A stretch of 50,894 bases of DNA from Anaerolineales bacterium (GCA_046485135.1 JAWOHN010000257.1:1-50894), one strand, 5' to 3'; shown: positions 28,801-37,516, counted from the stretch's first letter. Numbers and translations are program-made. The notes: a model not told the origin generated them from the sequence alone.

Positions 28801-30416
28801 ACGCGGAAGATAATTTGTATACCTGCTCGCAGAATACCGTTGAACATATCATTGAGCAAGTGCGCGAGCTTGGGTTGAACCGGGTGGTGGTGGCTTCCTG
28901 TACTCCTTTGACGCATGAGGGCATGTTCCAGGATGCTTTACGACAGGCCGGACTCAACCCGTACTTATTCGAGATGGCCAATATTCGCAACCAGTGTTCC
29001 TGGATTCATTCAAAAGACTGGGATGGAGCTACAGAAAAGGCCAAAGCGCTGGTGCGCATGGCGGTTGGCCGAGTGGGCGAGCTGGAGCAGCTGTACACCG
29101 AAGAGGTGCAGGTGGAACATTCTGCACTGGTGATCGGTGGTGGACCGGCGGGTATGACAGTCGCACTAAGCCTGGCAGATCAGGGATTTCCGGTGCATTT
29201 GGTGGAGCGTAGCGCGAAATTAGGCGGCAATTTACGAAACCTGCGTTATTTCGCTGACCAGGAGCGCACGCCGTTGGATTTCCTGAACGAGATCGAGGCG
29301 AATGTCCTGAAGCACCCCCTGATCACTACCTACCTGGATGCCGAAGTCAAGGAAACCGGCGGCTTCAAAGGTAGCTTTTCCTCCAAAGTGCGTGTAGGCA
29401 CCCAGACGATTCGCGTCCAACATGGCGTGACCATCCTGGCAACCGGCGGAGTCGAATATAAGGGTCAGGAATACGGATACGGGCGTGACTCGCGCATTTT
29501 GACCCAGCTGGAATTTGAGCAGCGCCTGGCAGAGAACGGGGCAGAACTTCCTGGCAAGGTGGTCATGATTCAATGTGTTGGTCCAGGCGAAAAATCTTGC
29601 AGCCGGATATGCTGCACAACTGCCTTGAAAAATGCGCTCAAGCTCAAAGATCTCAACCCTGCTGCGGATGTGACGATTCTATACCGGGATATCCGTACCT
29701 ACGGGTTCAAAGAACGGCTGTACAGTCAAGCCCGCCAGGCAGGGATCCGCTTTGTCCATTTTGAATTCGAGCATAAACCGAAAGTGCGGGTAAGCCCACA
29801 GGACAGCACCCGGCCCGGAAGGCTTTCAGTGAAAATCACAGAGCCTCTCCTGGAGCGCGAGATCGAACTGGGCGCTGACCTGATCGTATTGAGTACGCCA
29901 ATGGTTCCTGCAGAAGGTATCCAGGATCTGGCTACGGCGCTCAAGTTGTCGGTGGGTACGGACGGCTTCTTTATGGAGGCGCATGTTAAGCTACGCCCGG
30001 TCGATTTCACCTCAGACGGGGTCTTTATGGCTGGCGCAGCCCACTTCCCGAAATTCCTGGATGAGACGCTTGCCCAGGCGCAGGCGGCTGCTTCGCGAGC
30101 CGCTATCACGCTGTCGAAACGAACCCTGTTAACCAATGCGAGTGTTGCTGTGGTCGATGCGGAAAAATGCGTTGGATGCCTGACATGCGTGCGGATTTGC
30201 CCTTATGACGTACCAAAGGTTTCGAATGATTACACCGGCGCCGGTGGAATCCTGGGCGCGGCTTATATTGAACCGGCTGTCTGCCATGGATGTGGAAGCT
30301 GTGCGGCTGAATGCCCAGCTCAGGCCATTCAATTGATGCACTATAAAGACGCTCAAATCCTGGTCAAACTGGATGCCTTATTCAATCAAACCCCAGAAAG
30401 GGTCGTGGTGAAGTGA
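25824..30416 (+). CDS. hdrA: HdrL-type HdrA with inserted GltD-like NAD(P)H:FAD oxidoreductase module (1530 aa)
   Basis: QLDKTFPTNDCAMC; insert with PCRDACP, CGRICNHRCETAC, GAGPCG, GGGNVAID, GVFAAGD, EAARCLAC; two HdrA cores; C-terminal ferredoxin. Confidence 0.92.
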   Translation: MANSKVSPSKEPAMPTGSVVVVGGGIAGIQASLDLVEQGFKVYLVETQTAIGGKMAQLDKTFPTNDCAMCTISPKLVETGRHPNIHVMTDTEVLDVKGQAGNFSVTLQHKARYIDTSKCVGCGECTAVCPVVVPDKFNEGLDQRRAIFKLYPQAVPNAYAIEKQGISPCRDACPAGQRAQGYIALIREGRWDDALRVIKMDNPFPGICGRICNHRCETACNRGHVDEPINIRALKRFVTDKVYAEPRTQIEAVQIKYPDRRVAIIGAGPCGLTAARDLVEAGYPVTVVEAMPVAGGMLRLGVPEYRLPAEIIEREVQDILDLGVELRLNHQVENLDDLFDEGFEAVLISVGAHEGVRLPIPGANLEGVLINTHFLRDVRLGKYAQVDISGNGDAAPELGEHVLVLGGGNVAIDVARTAVRLGRKVSMAFLESRETMPSHDWEVQAALDEGIRLYPSRTFERIVADGDGKAAGVECMNARNFSFDETGRLNVDKEPSSNHVVPCDTVIFSVGQRAGLAFIPDDAGVGMTNKRTIAINPNTFAATRPGVFAAGDSVSGTAFVIEAVASGHTAAESIIRYLQGDQLEPQPKPDLPVVHLSQDELAERIALGEIHRQPRVLLPQLPVAQRLDNFAEVEGGYDDESAQREAARCLACGVCSECMSCTFVCGVNAIDHNMVVREEVVEAGAIILAPGYQIYKAELSEEYGFGRYPNVITSLQYERILSASGPTRGHLKRPSDSKAPKRIAFLQCVGSRDQSHDYCSSVCCMYAAKEAIMTIEHARAEARLRGEEADVSCEVFFMDTRAYSKGYEEYYRRAEGKYGVKYTRARISQLREDPKTGNLIVRYAAPYEGKPKPIEREFDLVVLSVGMEISESVRQLGRTLGVELDDYGFCHTTLFDPLQTSRPGIFAAGPFREPKDIPESVTEASGAAAAAAQLLSASRFTLTSVPEYPPMREVKEEPPRTGVFVCHCGSNIGGYLDVPDVAKYAGCLPGVVHAEDNLYTCSQNTVEHIIEQVRELGLNRVVVASCTPLTHEGMFQDALRQAGLNPYLFEMANIRNQCSWIHSKDWDGATEKAKALVRMAVGRVGELEQLYTEEVQVEHSALVIGGGPAGMTVALSLADQGFPVHLVERSAKLGGNLRNLRYFADQERTPLDFLNEIEANVLKHPLITTYLDAEVKETGGFKGSFSSKVRVGTQTIRVQHGVTILATGGVEYKGQEYGYGRDSRILTQLEFEQRLAENGAELPGKVVMIQCVGPGEKSCSRICCTTALKNALKLKDLNPAADVTILYRDIRTYGFKERLYSQARQAGIRFVHFEFEHKPKVRVSPQDSTRPGRLSVKITEPLLEREIELGADLIVLSTPMVPAEGIQDLATALKLSVGTDGFFMEAHVKLRPVDFTSDGVFMAGAAHFPKFLDETLAQAQAAASRAAITLSKRTLLTNASVAVVDAEKCVGCLTCVRICPYDVPKVSNDYTGAGGILGAAYIEPAVCHGCGSCAAECPAQAIQLMHYKDAQILVKLDALFNQTPERVVVK

Positions 30417-30883
30417 TGTCGAGAGAATTTACACCGGAAATCGTCGCCTTTTGCTGTCATTATTGCGCTTACGCGGCCGCGGATCTGGCTGGCGCGATGA
30501 GGTTGGAATATCCCCCCTCGATCAAGATCATCGAGCTGCCCTGCTCTGGAAAACTGGATGTGCTGTACGTACTGCGGGCATTCGAGGACGGTGCGGACGG
30601 GGTCATGGTGGCAGGTTGACTGGAGGGCGAATGCCATTACCTGGAAGGTAATCTCAACGCCCGGCGGCGAATTGAATACGCTCAAAAGATACTGGAAGAA
30701 ATCGGACTGGAAGGCAGGCGAATCCAGATGATCAATGTATCTGCTGCCATGGGAGGGCAGTTTGCCTGGTCAGCGGCTGAGCTGACCGAAGAAATCAAGC
30801 GGCTGGGACCTAATCCGTTGAAGCCAGAATCGAGAGAAGATTGGGTGCAAACAGGGGTTTTAGGTGAGGAGGAAGCCAAATGA
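30416..30883 (+). CDS. mvhD: MvhD [2Fe-2S] subunit, probable selenoprotein (Sec68, UGA 30617-30619), 155 aa
   Basis: GADGVMVAG-U-LEGECHYLEGN continues in frame through GLEGRRIQM and LGPNPL to TGA 30881-30883; SECIS-like hairpin after the UGA; overlaps both neighbours. Confidence 0.9.
30625..30662 (+). promoter_or_regulatory. Bacterial SECIS-like hairpin
   Basis: Upper stem ATTACCT-GGA-AGGTAAT (30636-30652); lower stem GGGCG/CGCCC; G-led apical loop 24 nt after the UGA. Confidence 0.8.
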
Positions 30884-31296
30884 CAAAGGAAGCGTATATC
30901 CTGGTTGTGGATGATGACCCAGACATCCTGGAAAATATTGTCACCATCCTAGAAACCCAACCTTACCGGCTGGCTACAGCGCGGGATGGCAAACAATGTA
31001 TGAAAATGTTGGAACAAGAAACGCCTGACCTGTTGATCTTGGATCTGCTGATGCCACGCATGGATGGGTGGGGCGTGATTCGCGAGATGCGCAGTGAGCG
31101 GAAATTCGATAAGGTTCCTATTATGATCCTCTCCACGGTGGTAGAGGACGCCAGCCGGCGGCGGTATGAACTGGAGACAGGCATGTCGATGGATGTTCAA
31201 GAGTATATCCAGAAGCCAGCCAGACCAGCGGAACTATTACGGCTGGTGGTTAAGCTATTAAATATCAAGGAGGCGGCTGACTTTGAAATTGGTTAG
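30880..31296 (+). CDS. Single-domain response regulator (receiver only)
   Basis: ILVVDDD, PDLLILDLLMPRMDG, IMILST, YIQKP; no output domain. Confidence 0.92.
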   Translation: MTKEAYILVVDDDPDILENIVTILETQPYRLATARDGKQCMKMLEQETPDLLILDLLMPRMDGWGVIREMRSERKFDKVPIMILSTVVEDASRRRYELETGMSMDVQEYIQKPARPAELLRLVVKLLNIKEAADFEIG

Positions 31297-31307
31297 CCGG
31301 TAAGCTG

Positions 31308-32546
31308 ATGGATAACTCCGGGTTTGACAGCGTATTTGATGGAATGGACCCAAGGGTCCTTATCACTGTTGCGCGCTTGCGAAATTCTGAGATCTTTGCG
31401 GAATTGGATGAGGAAGACCTGGTCTCCATTGCTGGATTTTGCCGAGAAGAGAACTACCAGGACGGGCATATTGTCCTTGTTGAAGGACAACCCGCCAACT
31501 CAATGTTCATTATCGAACGTGGCAAGGTTGCGTTGGAGAAAAAAGTGCAAATTGGGCGGCATACGACACCGCGCAATGCAACGATAGATTATGTGGGACC
31601 GGGTCAAATCGCTGGATTCTCGTCGCTGACCCCACCATACTTGTACGCCACATCAGCGGTGTGCACCGAGCCAACCCGAGTTCTGTACATTGATGCGGAT
31701 CAGTTGCGAGAGTATCTACGCGAGCAGCCAAAGGCTGGCTATCCCATCATGTTGAAAATGGCCCGGCTGATCGGGTTTCGCTACCGGGGCTCAATCGATA
31801 CATTGACGTATTTCTTGTCAATCGTCTCTCATGAATTACGCTCCCCCCTGGCGGCGATCGAGAACTATCTGCAAACCATGCTGGGTGGCTTTGCCGGGGA
31901 GCTGACTCAGAAACAAGATAAGATGATCAAGCGGTGCGTGGTGAGAGTGACGGATCTGCGGGCATTGATCAGTGATGTAGTAGATCTGGCCCGTATGCGT
32001 CCCGAGCAAATCCAGGCGGATTTTGAATGGTTTGACCCCGGGGATACGGGCACAGAATCGATCGAGGATGTGCGGCTGGCGGCAGCAGAAAAGAATATCC
32101 GCATCCGGGTGGCGCCACCGGCGAAGTTTGAACCGATTGTGGGGGGGCACCGGCGGCTGAGGCAGGTGTTTACAAATATTTTGAACAATGCCATCAAGTT
32201 TTCACCGCCCGATAGTACGATCATTTTTCGAGCCTGGTACGAAGCGGATCAGCTGATTTTTGAAGTGGAAGATGAAGGACCGGGTATCCCTACAGAGGAG
32301 ATGGATGAGGTCTTTAAGGATTTCTTCCGAGCCAGTAATGTTGGCGATACACCGGGTATGGGTCTGGGCCTGTCCATCGCCCATAATATTATCGAAGCCC
32401 ACAATGGTGAAATCGTGGTGCGTAATGTCGGCGATGAAAGCGGTAAGACTGGCGCCTGCGTACGGATTGTGATCCCGCGCAACTTGATGACGCCGGAGAT
32501 GCGTAAACGAGAGTACGCCAAAGACCTGCAACAGATAGAGCAGTAA
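31308..32546 (+). CDS. Cytoplasmic sensor histidine kinase with N-terminal cNMP-binding/Crp-type domain
   Basis: IFAEL...EGQPANSMFIIERGKV...GPGQIAG; SHELRSPL H-box, NILNNAIKF, DEGPGI, GMGLGLSI; no TM helix. Confidence 0.9.
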   Translation: MDNSGFDSVFDGMDPRVLITVARLRNSEIFAELDEEDLVSIAGFCREENYQDGHIVLVEGQPANSMFIIERGKVALEKKVQIGRHTTPRNATIDYVGPGQIAGFSSLTPPYLYATSAVCTEPTRVLYIDADQLREYLREQPKAGYPIMLKMARLIGFRYRGSIDTLTYFLSIVSHELRSPLAAIENYLQTMLGGFAGELTQKQDKMIKRCVVRVTDLRALISDVVDLARMRPEQIQADFEWFDPGDTGTESIEDVRLAAAEKNIRIRVAPPAKFEPIVGGHRRLRQVFTNILNNAIKFSPPDSTIIFRAWYEADQLIFEVEDEGPGIPTEEMDEVFKDFFRASNVGDTPGMGLGLSIAHNIIEAHNGEIVVRNVGDESGKTGACVRIVIPRNLMTPEMRKREYAKDLQQIEQ

Positions 32547-32549
32547 GCT

Positions 32550-35500
32550 GTGACTACCATGAATGTGAGAAGTGCACCTCCAATTTATGAAGCTGAGCCA
32601 CCTGTAGGGGCCGTCCTGGTAGTTGGCGGTGGAATTGCGGGCATGCAGGCTGCGCTGGATCTGGCAGACCAGGGTTTCAAAGTGTACCTGGTCGAATCAG
32701 ACACGGCGATTGGCGGGCATATGGCGCAGCTCGATAAGACCTTTCCGACCAACGATTGCGCCATGTGCAATATCAGTCCAAAACTGGTGGATACGGGACG
32801 ACATCCGGATATTGATATCCTGACCGGAAGTGAAGTCCTGTCTATTAACGGAGAGGTGGGCAATTTCACCGCCCGGGTATTGAGGAAACCGCGCTACGTC
32901 GATGTGAATAAGTGCATTGGCTGCGGGGAATGTGTTCCGGTCTGTCCAGTGGAAATATTTGATCCGTATGAAGAGGGCTTGAAAACCCGCAAAGCCATTT
33001 ACCGGCGCTATGCTCAGGCGGTTCCGGCAGCCTATGCCATCGAAAAGCTGGGAACTGCCCCTTGCCGGAGTGGCTGCCCGGTAGGTCAGCGCGCCCAAGG
33101 ATATATTGCTTTGATTGCCAAAGGACGATATCGCGATGCCTTACGGGTGATCAAAGAAGACAATCCTTTTCCGAGCGTTTGTGGGCGGACCTGCCACCAT
33201 CCTTGCGAAGGGAAATGTACCCGAGCGCTGGTCGACGAGGCAGTCAGCATTATGTCGCTGAAACGCTTTGTGGTAGATTATGCCCTGGCTTACGGGAGAG
33301 AGAAGGTACAACCCGTTCCACGCACACATCCAGAATGGGTGGCAGTGGTAGGATCTGGCCCGGCTGGTTTGACAGCCGCCCATGATCTGGTCAAAATGGG
33401 CTATGGGGTGACAGTCTATGAAGCTCTCAGTGTCCCAGGTGGCCTGATGCGGGTGGGGATACCGGCCCACCGCCTGCCGAAAGGTGAATTACAACAAGAC
33501 ATCGATGACATCCTGGCCCTTGGCGTTGTCCTAAAAACCAATTCTCCGATAGAGGATCCGGTCAAATTGCTGGAGGAGGGCTATAACGCGGTCTGCCTGG
33601 CGACGGGTATTTCTTCAGCCAATCTCTCCCTGGGGATCGAAGGGGAGCAGGCGGAAGGAGTTTTGTTGGCGCCTGAGTTTCTACGCAAGATCAATTTGGG
33701 CCAGCCCATCCAGATTGGAGATCGGGTGGCAGTGGTAGGTGGAGGCATCACGGCGCTAGATGCGGCGGCTGTCGTGCGCAGGCTGGGTGCGGAAGTCTAC
33801 GTGGTATTAGATCGCCCGCGTGGAGAGCTGCCGGCTTACCAAACTGAAATTGAGGCTGTCGAAGCTGAGGGGATTCATATTTACGATCATATGACCGCGG
33901 CCCGCATCCTGTCAGAAAATGGAGCAGTAGTAGGTGTGGAGCTGGCCAAAGCGGACCAGGGGTATGTTACCGACGCGTCCGGACGGCGGCGGCCAAAGCT
34001 GGTACCCGGCAGCGAGATGCAACTGGAAGTGGATACCGTCATTGGCACTGTGGAACAGTTGTCGGACCTGACTTATCTGGCGCCAAAATATCAAGACCTG
34101 GCGGCGGATAAAAACACACTAGCCAGCAGCGTCCCCGGGCTGTTCGTGGTGGGTGGGCGGAAGACCGGAGCCAGCTATGTCATTGAAGCGGTTGCGCTGG
34201 GGCATAAAGTGGCTCGATCCATTCAGCGCTACCTGCAAGGTCTGCCTTTGTTGCAACCTGAAATACCCGCTCCGCCGATCGCTAAGCTGACCCGGCAAGA
34301 GGTGGCTGAGCGCGTACAAGCCGGGCATATTCAGCTGGCGCCCAGGCAAAAACCTGCTTTGTTGTCGATGGGCGAGCGGGCTACCAGCTTTCGAGAGGTG
34401 GTGCTTGGCTTTACCGAGCATCAGGCCAGGGCAGAAGCAGAGCGCTGCTTGCAGTGCGGCGTTTGCTCAGAATGTATGGAATGCTCTTATGCCTGTGGTG
34501 TGGATGCGATCGATCATGATAGCGTTGCGCGTGAAGAGGAAATCCGGATTGGGGCGGTCATCCTGGCGCCGGGTTACCAGGCATATTCTGCGGAGCATTC
34601 TGAAGAATACGGATTGGGTCGATATCCAAACGTATTGACCGCTCTGCAATTTGAGCGGTTGCTGTCCGCTTCAGGACCCACCTTGGGGCATGTGTTGCGA
34701 CCCTCAGACCAGCGGGAGCCAAGGCGAATTGCCTTCTTGCAATGTGTTGGCTCGCGAGATCGCACGCATGATTACTGTTCTTCTGTTTGCTGTATGTACG
34801 CTACGAAGGAAGCGGTGATCGCCAAAGAGCATTGTCCGGAATTGGATGTGCATATCTTTATGATGGATATGCGCGCGTTTTCAAAGGGTTACCTGGGCTA
34901 TTTTGAACAAGCCAGGCAACGCTACGGGGTCCATTACCACCATAGCCGGATCAGTCAAATCCGCGAAGATGCGCATAGCCACGATTTGCTGTTGCGCTTC
35001 AGCACTGTGGAGGAGACTTCTCAGGGTAAGGACTCTCCGGCAACGGCCCACCTGGAGCGGTTTGACATGGTGGTTCTCTCGGTTGGGATGGAGATTTCAG
35101 AGCCAGTGCGTGAGCTGGGCCAGCGCCTTGGGATTGAACTGGATAACTATGGTTTCTGCCAAACCGTCCAATTTGATCCGTTGGAGACAAACCGGCCTGG
35201 TATCTATGCGGTAGGGCCATTTCGGGAGCCAAAGGATATCCCCGAATCTGTCATCGAAGCGAGCGGGGCTGCGGCGGCGGCCGCTGGGCGCCTTTACCCG
35301 GCTCGGTTCAACCTGAGCAAACGCCCGGAAAAGCCTTTGGAACGAGATGTCAGCGATGAAGAGCCACGAATTGGAGTCTTTGTCTGCTCTTGTGGCTCGA
35401 ATATTGGCGGCTTCCTGGACGTTCCAGAAGTAGCCAGTTACGCGGAAAAGCTGCCGAATGTATGCCATAGTGAATGGAACCTTTACACCTGTGCGCAAGA

Positions 35501-37082
35501 TAGCATCGAGCGAATCACTGAACAGGTGCGGGAGCGTGGACTTAATCGGGTGGTGGTAGCCAGTTGCAGCCCTCTGACTCACAAACCGCTATTTCAAGAC
35601 AGTATTCGAGCGGCTGGTTTGAACCCATATTTATTTGAAATGGCAAATATCCGCAACCAATGCTCCTGGGTACACTCCCTGGATCGAGAAGCAGCCGGCG
35701 AGAAAGCCAAAGAGTTGGTGCGTATGGCGGTGGCAAGAGCAGCCTTATTAGAGGCTCAAAAGATGGTTGCTGTGGAAGTAAATCAGGCGGCTCTGGTGGT
35801 GGGAGGCGGCGCTGCCGGTATGACGGCGGCTCTGTCCCTGGCGGAGCAAGGCTTCCCGGTCCATTTGGTAGAAAAGCAGGCTGAGTTGGGCGGGAATTTG
35901 CGGCATCTTTACAAACAAGCCAGTGGAAAAGATCCACAGGAATACTTGTGCAGGCTGTTGCAAGAGGTGCATGCAAATCCAAATATCAGCGTGCATTTGG
36001 AGAGTCAGGTCGTTGCCAGCTCGGGATTTATGGGCAATTTCAGCAGCACCATCCTTGGCCCGCAAGGCAGGCAGCAAGTGTCTCATGGTGCGACGATATT
36101 GGCTACCGGCGGTGGAGAAGACCGGGAAAGATTAGGCGGTTTGCACAAAGATGAGCGTGTCCTGACGCAGCAAGAATTTGAGGCCTGGCTGTTTGCTTGG
36201 CAGCAGTCTGGGGAGATTGGCAAATCCAAGCGTCCTGCCAGGGTGGTGGTGCACCTGTGTGCAGGACAGGAAGTGGATTACTGTAGCCGGGTTTGTTGCT
36301 ACCAGGCGCTGAAAAATGTCCTTTGGTTGAAAGAGTTGTCTCCAGAAACCGAAGTACTGGTGCTTTACAAAGATATCCGAGCCTATGGTTTCAAAGAGAA
36401 GTTATATAAAGAAGCCCGCGCACAGAAGGTGCTGTTCTTGAGATATGACCATTCTCGCCCCCCACAAGTTGAGCACGTTCTGAGCGGAAAGGAACTCGAA
36501 CCAGCTCTGGCGATACGCGCCTGGGAAAACGCGCTGGGGAAGTGGATCGAGTGGGAAGCGGATCTATACGTGATGAGCTTGCCTGTTATTCCTAACCCGG
36601 AAACAAAAAGGACAGCGTCGATCTTTAAGGTGCCCAGAGATGCGGATGGTTTCTTTGTTGAGGCGCACGTCAAGCTAAGACCGGTGGATTTCGCCTCTGA
36701 GGGCATTTTTATGGCAGGTATGGCCCATTTCCCGAAGCTTTTGGACGAATCGATCATCCAGGCTAAAGCGGCTGCGGCGCGGGCAGCCAGGGTTCTGAGC
36801 CGGGAAATTCGCACGGTGGGGGGGCGGGTGGCAGTGGTCGACCCGGAACTGTGTACCGGTTGCCTGACCTGCGTCCGAATTTGTCCGTTTGGTGTGCCAC
36901 AGATCGACACCAATATTGCTGGAGCGGGAGGGATTATCGGGGCAGCCACGATTGAAGCCGCAGTGTGCCAGGGGTGTGGCAGCTGTGCGGCTGAATGCCC
37001 GGCTCGGGCGATCCAATTGAAGCACTATACGGATACCCAAATGAGCGCATTGGTGACGGCATTGATAGGGGAGGCGGTATGA
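32550..37082 (+). CDS. hdrA: Second HdrL-type HdrA with GltD-like insert (1510 aa)
   Basis: Same architecture as 25824-30416: DCAMC, PCRSGCP, CGRTCHHPCEGKC, GSGPAG, QCVGSR..YCSSVCC, C-terminal ferredoxin. Confidence 0.92.
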   Translation: MTTMNVRSAPPIYEAEPPVGAVLVVGGGIAGMQAALDLADQGFKVYLVESDTAIGGHMAQLDKTFPTNDCAMCNISPKLVDTGRHPDIDILTGSEVLSINGEVGNFTARVLRKPRYVDVNKCIGCGECVPVCPVEIFDPYEEGLKTRKAIYRRYAQAVPAAYAIEKLGTAPCRSGCPVGQRAQGYIALIAKGRYRDALRVIKEDNPFPSVCGRTCHHPCEGKCTRALVDEAVSIMSLKRFVVDYALAYGREKVQPVPRTHPEWVAVVGSGPAGLTAAHDLVKMGYGVTVYEALSVPGGLMRVGIPAHRLPKGELQQDIDDILALGVVLKTNSPIEDPVKLLEEGYNAVCLATGISSANLSLGIEGEQAEGVLLAPEFLRKINLGQPIQIGDRVAVVGGGITALDAAAVVRRLGAEVYVVLDRPRGELPAYQTEIEAVEAEGIHIYDHMTAARILSENGAVVGVELAKADQGYVTDASGRRRPKLVPGSEMQLEVDTVIGTVEQLSDLTYLAPKYQDLAADKNTLASSVPGLFVVGGRKTGASYVIEAVALGHKVARSIQRYLQGLPLLQPEIPAPPIAKLTRQEVAERVQAGHIQLAPRQKPALLSMGERATSFREVVLGFTEHQARAEAERCLQCGVCSECMECSYACGVDAIDHDSVAREEEIRIGAVILAPGYQAYSAEHSEEYGLGRYPNVLTALQFERLLSASGPTLGHVLRPSDQREPRRIAFLQCVGSRDRTHDYCSSVCCMYATKEAVIAKEHCPELDVHIFMMDMRAFSKGYLGYFEQARQRYGVHYHHSRISQIREDAHSHDLLLRFSTVEETSQGKDSPATAHLERFDMVVLSVGMEISEPVRELGQRLGIELDNYGFCQTVQFDPLETNRPGIYAVGPFREPKDIPESVIEASGAAAAAAGRLYPARFNLSKRPEKPLERDVSDEEPRIGVFVCSCGSNIGGFLDVPEVASYAEKLPNVCHSEWNLYTCAQDSIERITEQVRERGLNRVVVASCSPLTHKPLFQDSIRAAGLNPYLFEMANIRNQCSWVHSLDREAAGEKAKELVRMAVARAALLEAQKMVAVEVNQAALVVGGGAAGMTAALSLAEQGFPVHLVEKQAELGGNLRHLYKQASGKDPQEYLCRLLQEVHANPNISVHLESQVVASSGFMGNFSSTILGPQGRQQVSHGATILATGGGEDRERLGGLHKDERVLTQQEFEAWLFAWQQSGEIGKSKRPARVVVHLCAGQEVDYCSRVCCYQALKNVLWLKELSPETEVLVLYKDIRAYGFKEKLYKEARAQKVLFLRYDHSRPPQVEHVLSGKELEPALAIRAWENALGKWIEWEADLYVMSLPVIPNPETKRTASIFKVPRDADGFFVEAHVKLRPVDFASEGIFMAGMAHFPKLLDESIIQAKAAAARAARVLSREIRTVGGRVAVVDPELCTGCLTCVRICPFGVPQIDTNIAGAGGIIGAATIEAAVCQGCGSCAAECPARAIQLKHYTDTQMSALVTALIGEAV

Positions 37083-37516
37083 ACAGCGAAAAGTTCCAAA
37101 TCCTGGCTTACTGCTGCGAACATTGTGCATACGCCGCTGCCGACCAGGCAGGAGGCATGAGGTTACAATACCCAGCGCAAATCAAGATCGTTATGCTGCC
37201 CTGCACGGGAAAGCTGGATGTGTTGATGGTTTTGGAGGCGGTGGAAGCTGGTATTGACGGCGTGCTGGTGGCAGGTTGACTGCCAGGTGACTGCCATTAC
37301 CTGGAAGGTAATGCCAACGCCAGAAGACGGGTAGATCATTTGAGGTGCATTCTGAGCGATATTGGCCTGGAACCAGAGCGATTGCAAATGGTGAATATGT
37401 CCTCTGCGATGGGCGCCCAGTTTGCCCAGATGAGCACGGAGATTACAAATCAGATTATACAGTTAGGCCCTAACCCTTTGAGGTCAGGAAGAGCAGGTAA
37501 GATAAGCGATGTTTAA
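37079..37516 (+). CDS. mvhD: MvhD [2Fe-2S] subunit, probable selenoprotein (Sec67, UGA 37277-37279), 145 aa
   Basis: MNSEKFQILAYCCEHCAY...LPCTG...GVLVAG-U-LPGDCHYLEGN...GLEPERL...LGPNPL to TAA 37514-37516; ATGA overlap with hdrA; GGAGG RBS. Confidence 0.9.
37295..37313 (+). promoter_or_regulatory. Bacterial SECIS-like hairpin
   Basis: CATTACCT-GGA-AGGTAATG; same core sequence and same spacing from the UGA as at 30636. Confidence 0.8.

Noticed and set aside
30413-30619. 68-aa ORF read as a truncated mvhD pseudogene
   Set aside because: The UGA aligns with a ligand Cys, the downstream frame is intact and a SECIS-like stem is present; better explained as Sec
22106-37082. Sec or pyrrolysine recoding within the HdrA genes
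   Set aside because: All three frames are uninterrupted, with Cys codons at the motif positions
36995-37279. 94-aa ORF starting inside hdrA
   Set aside because: The true start is ATG 37079 (RBS, ATGA overlap) and the gene reads through the UGA
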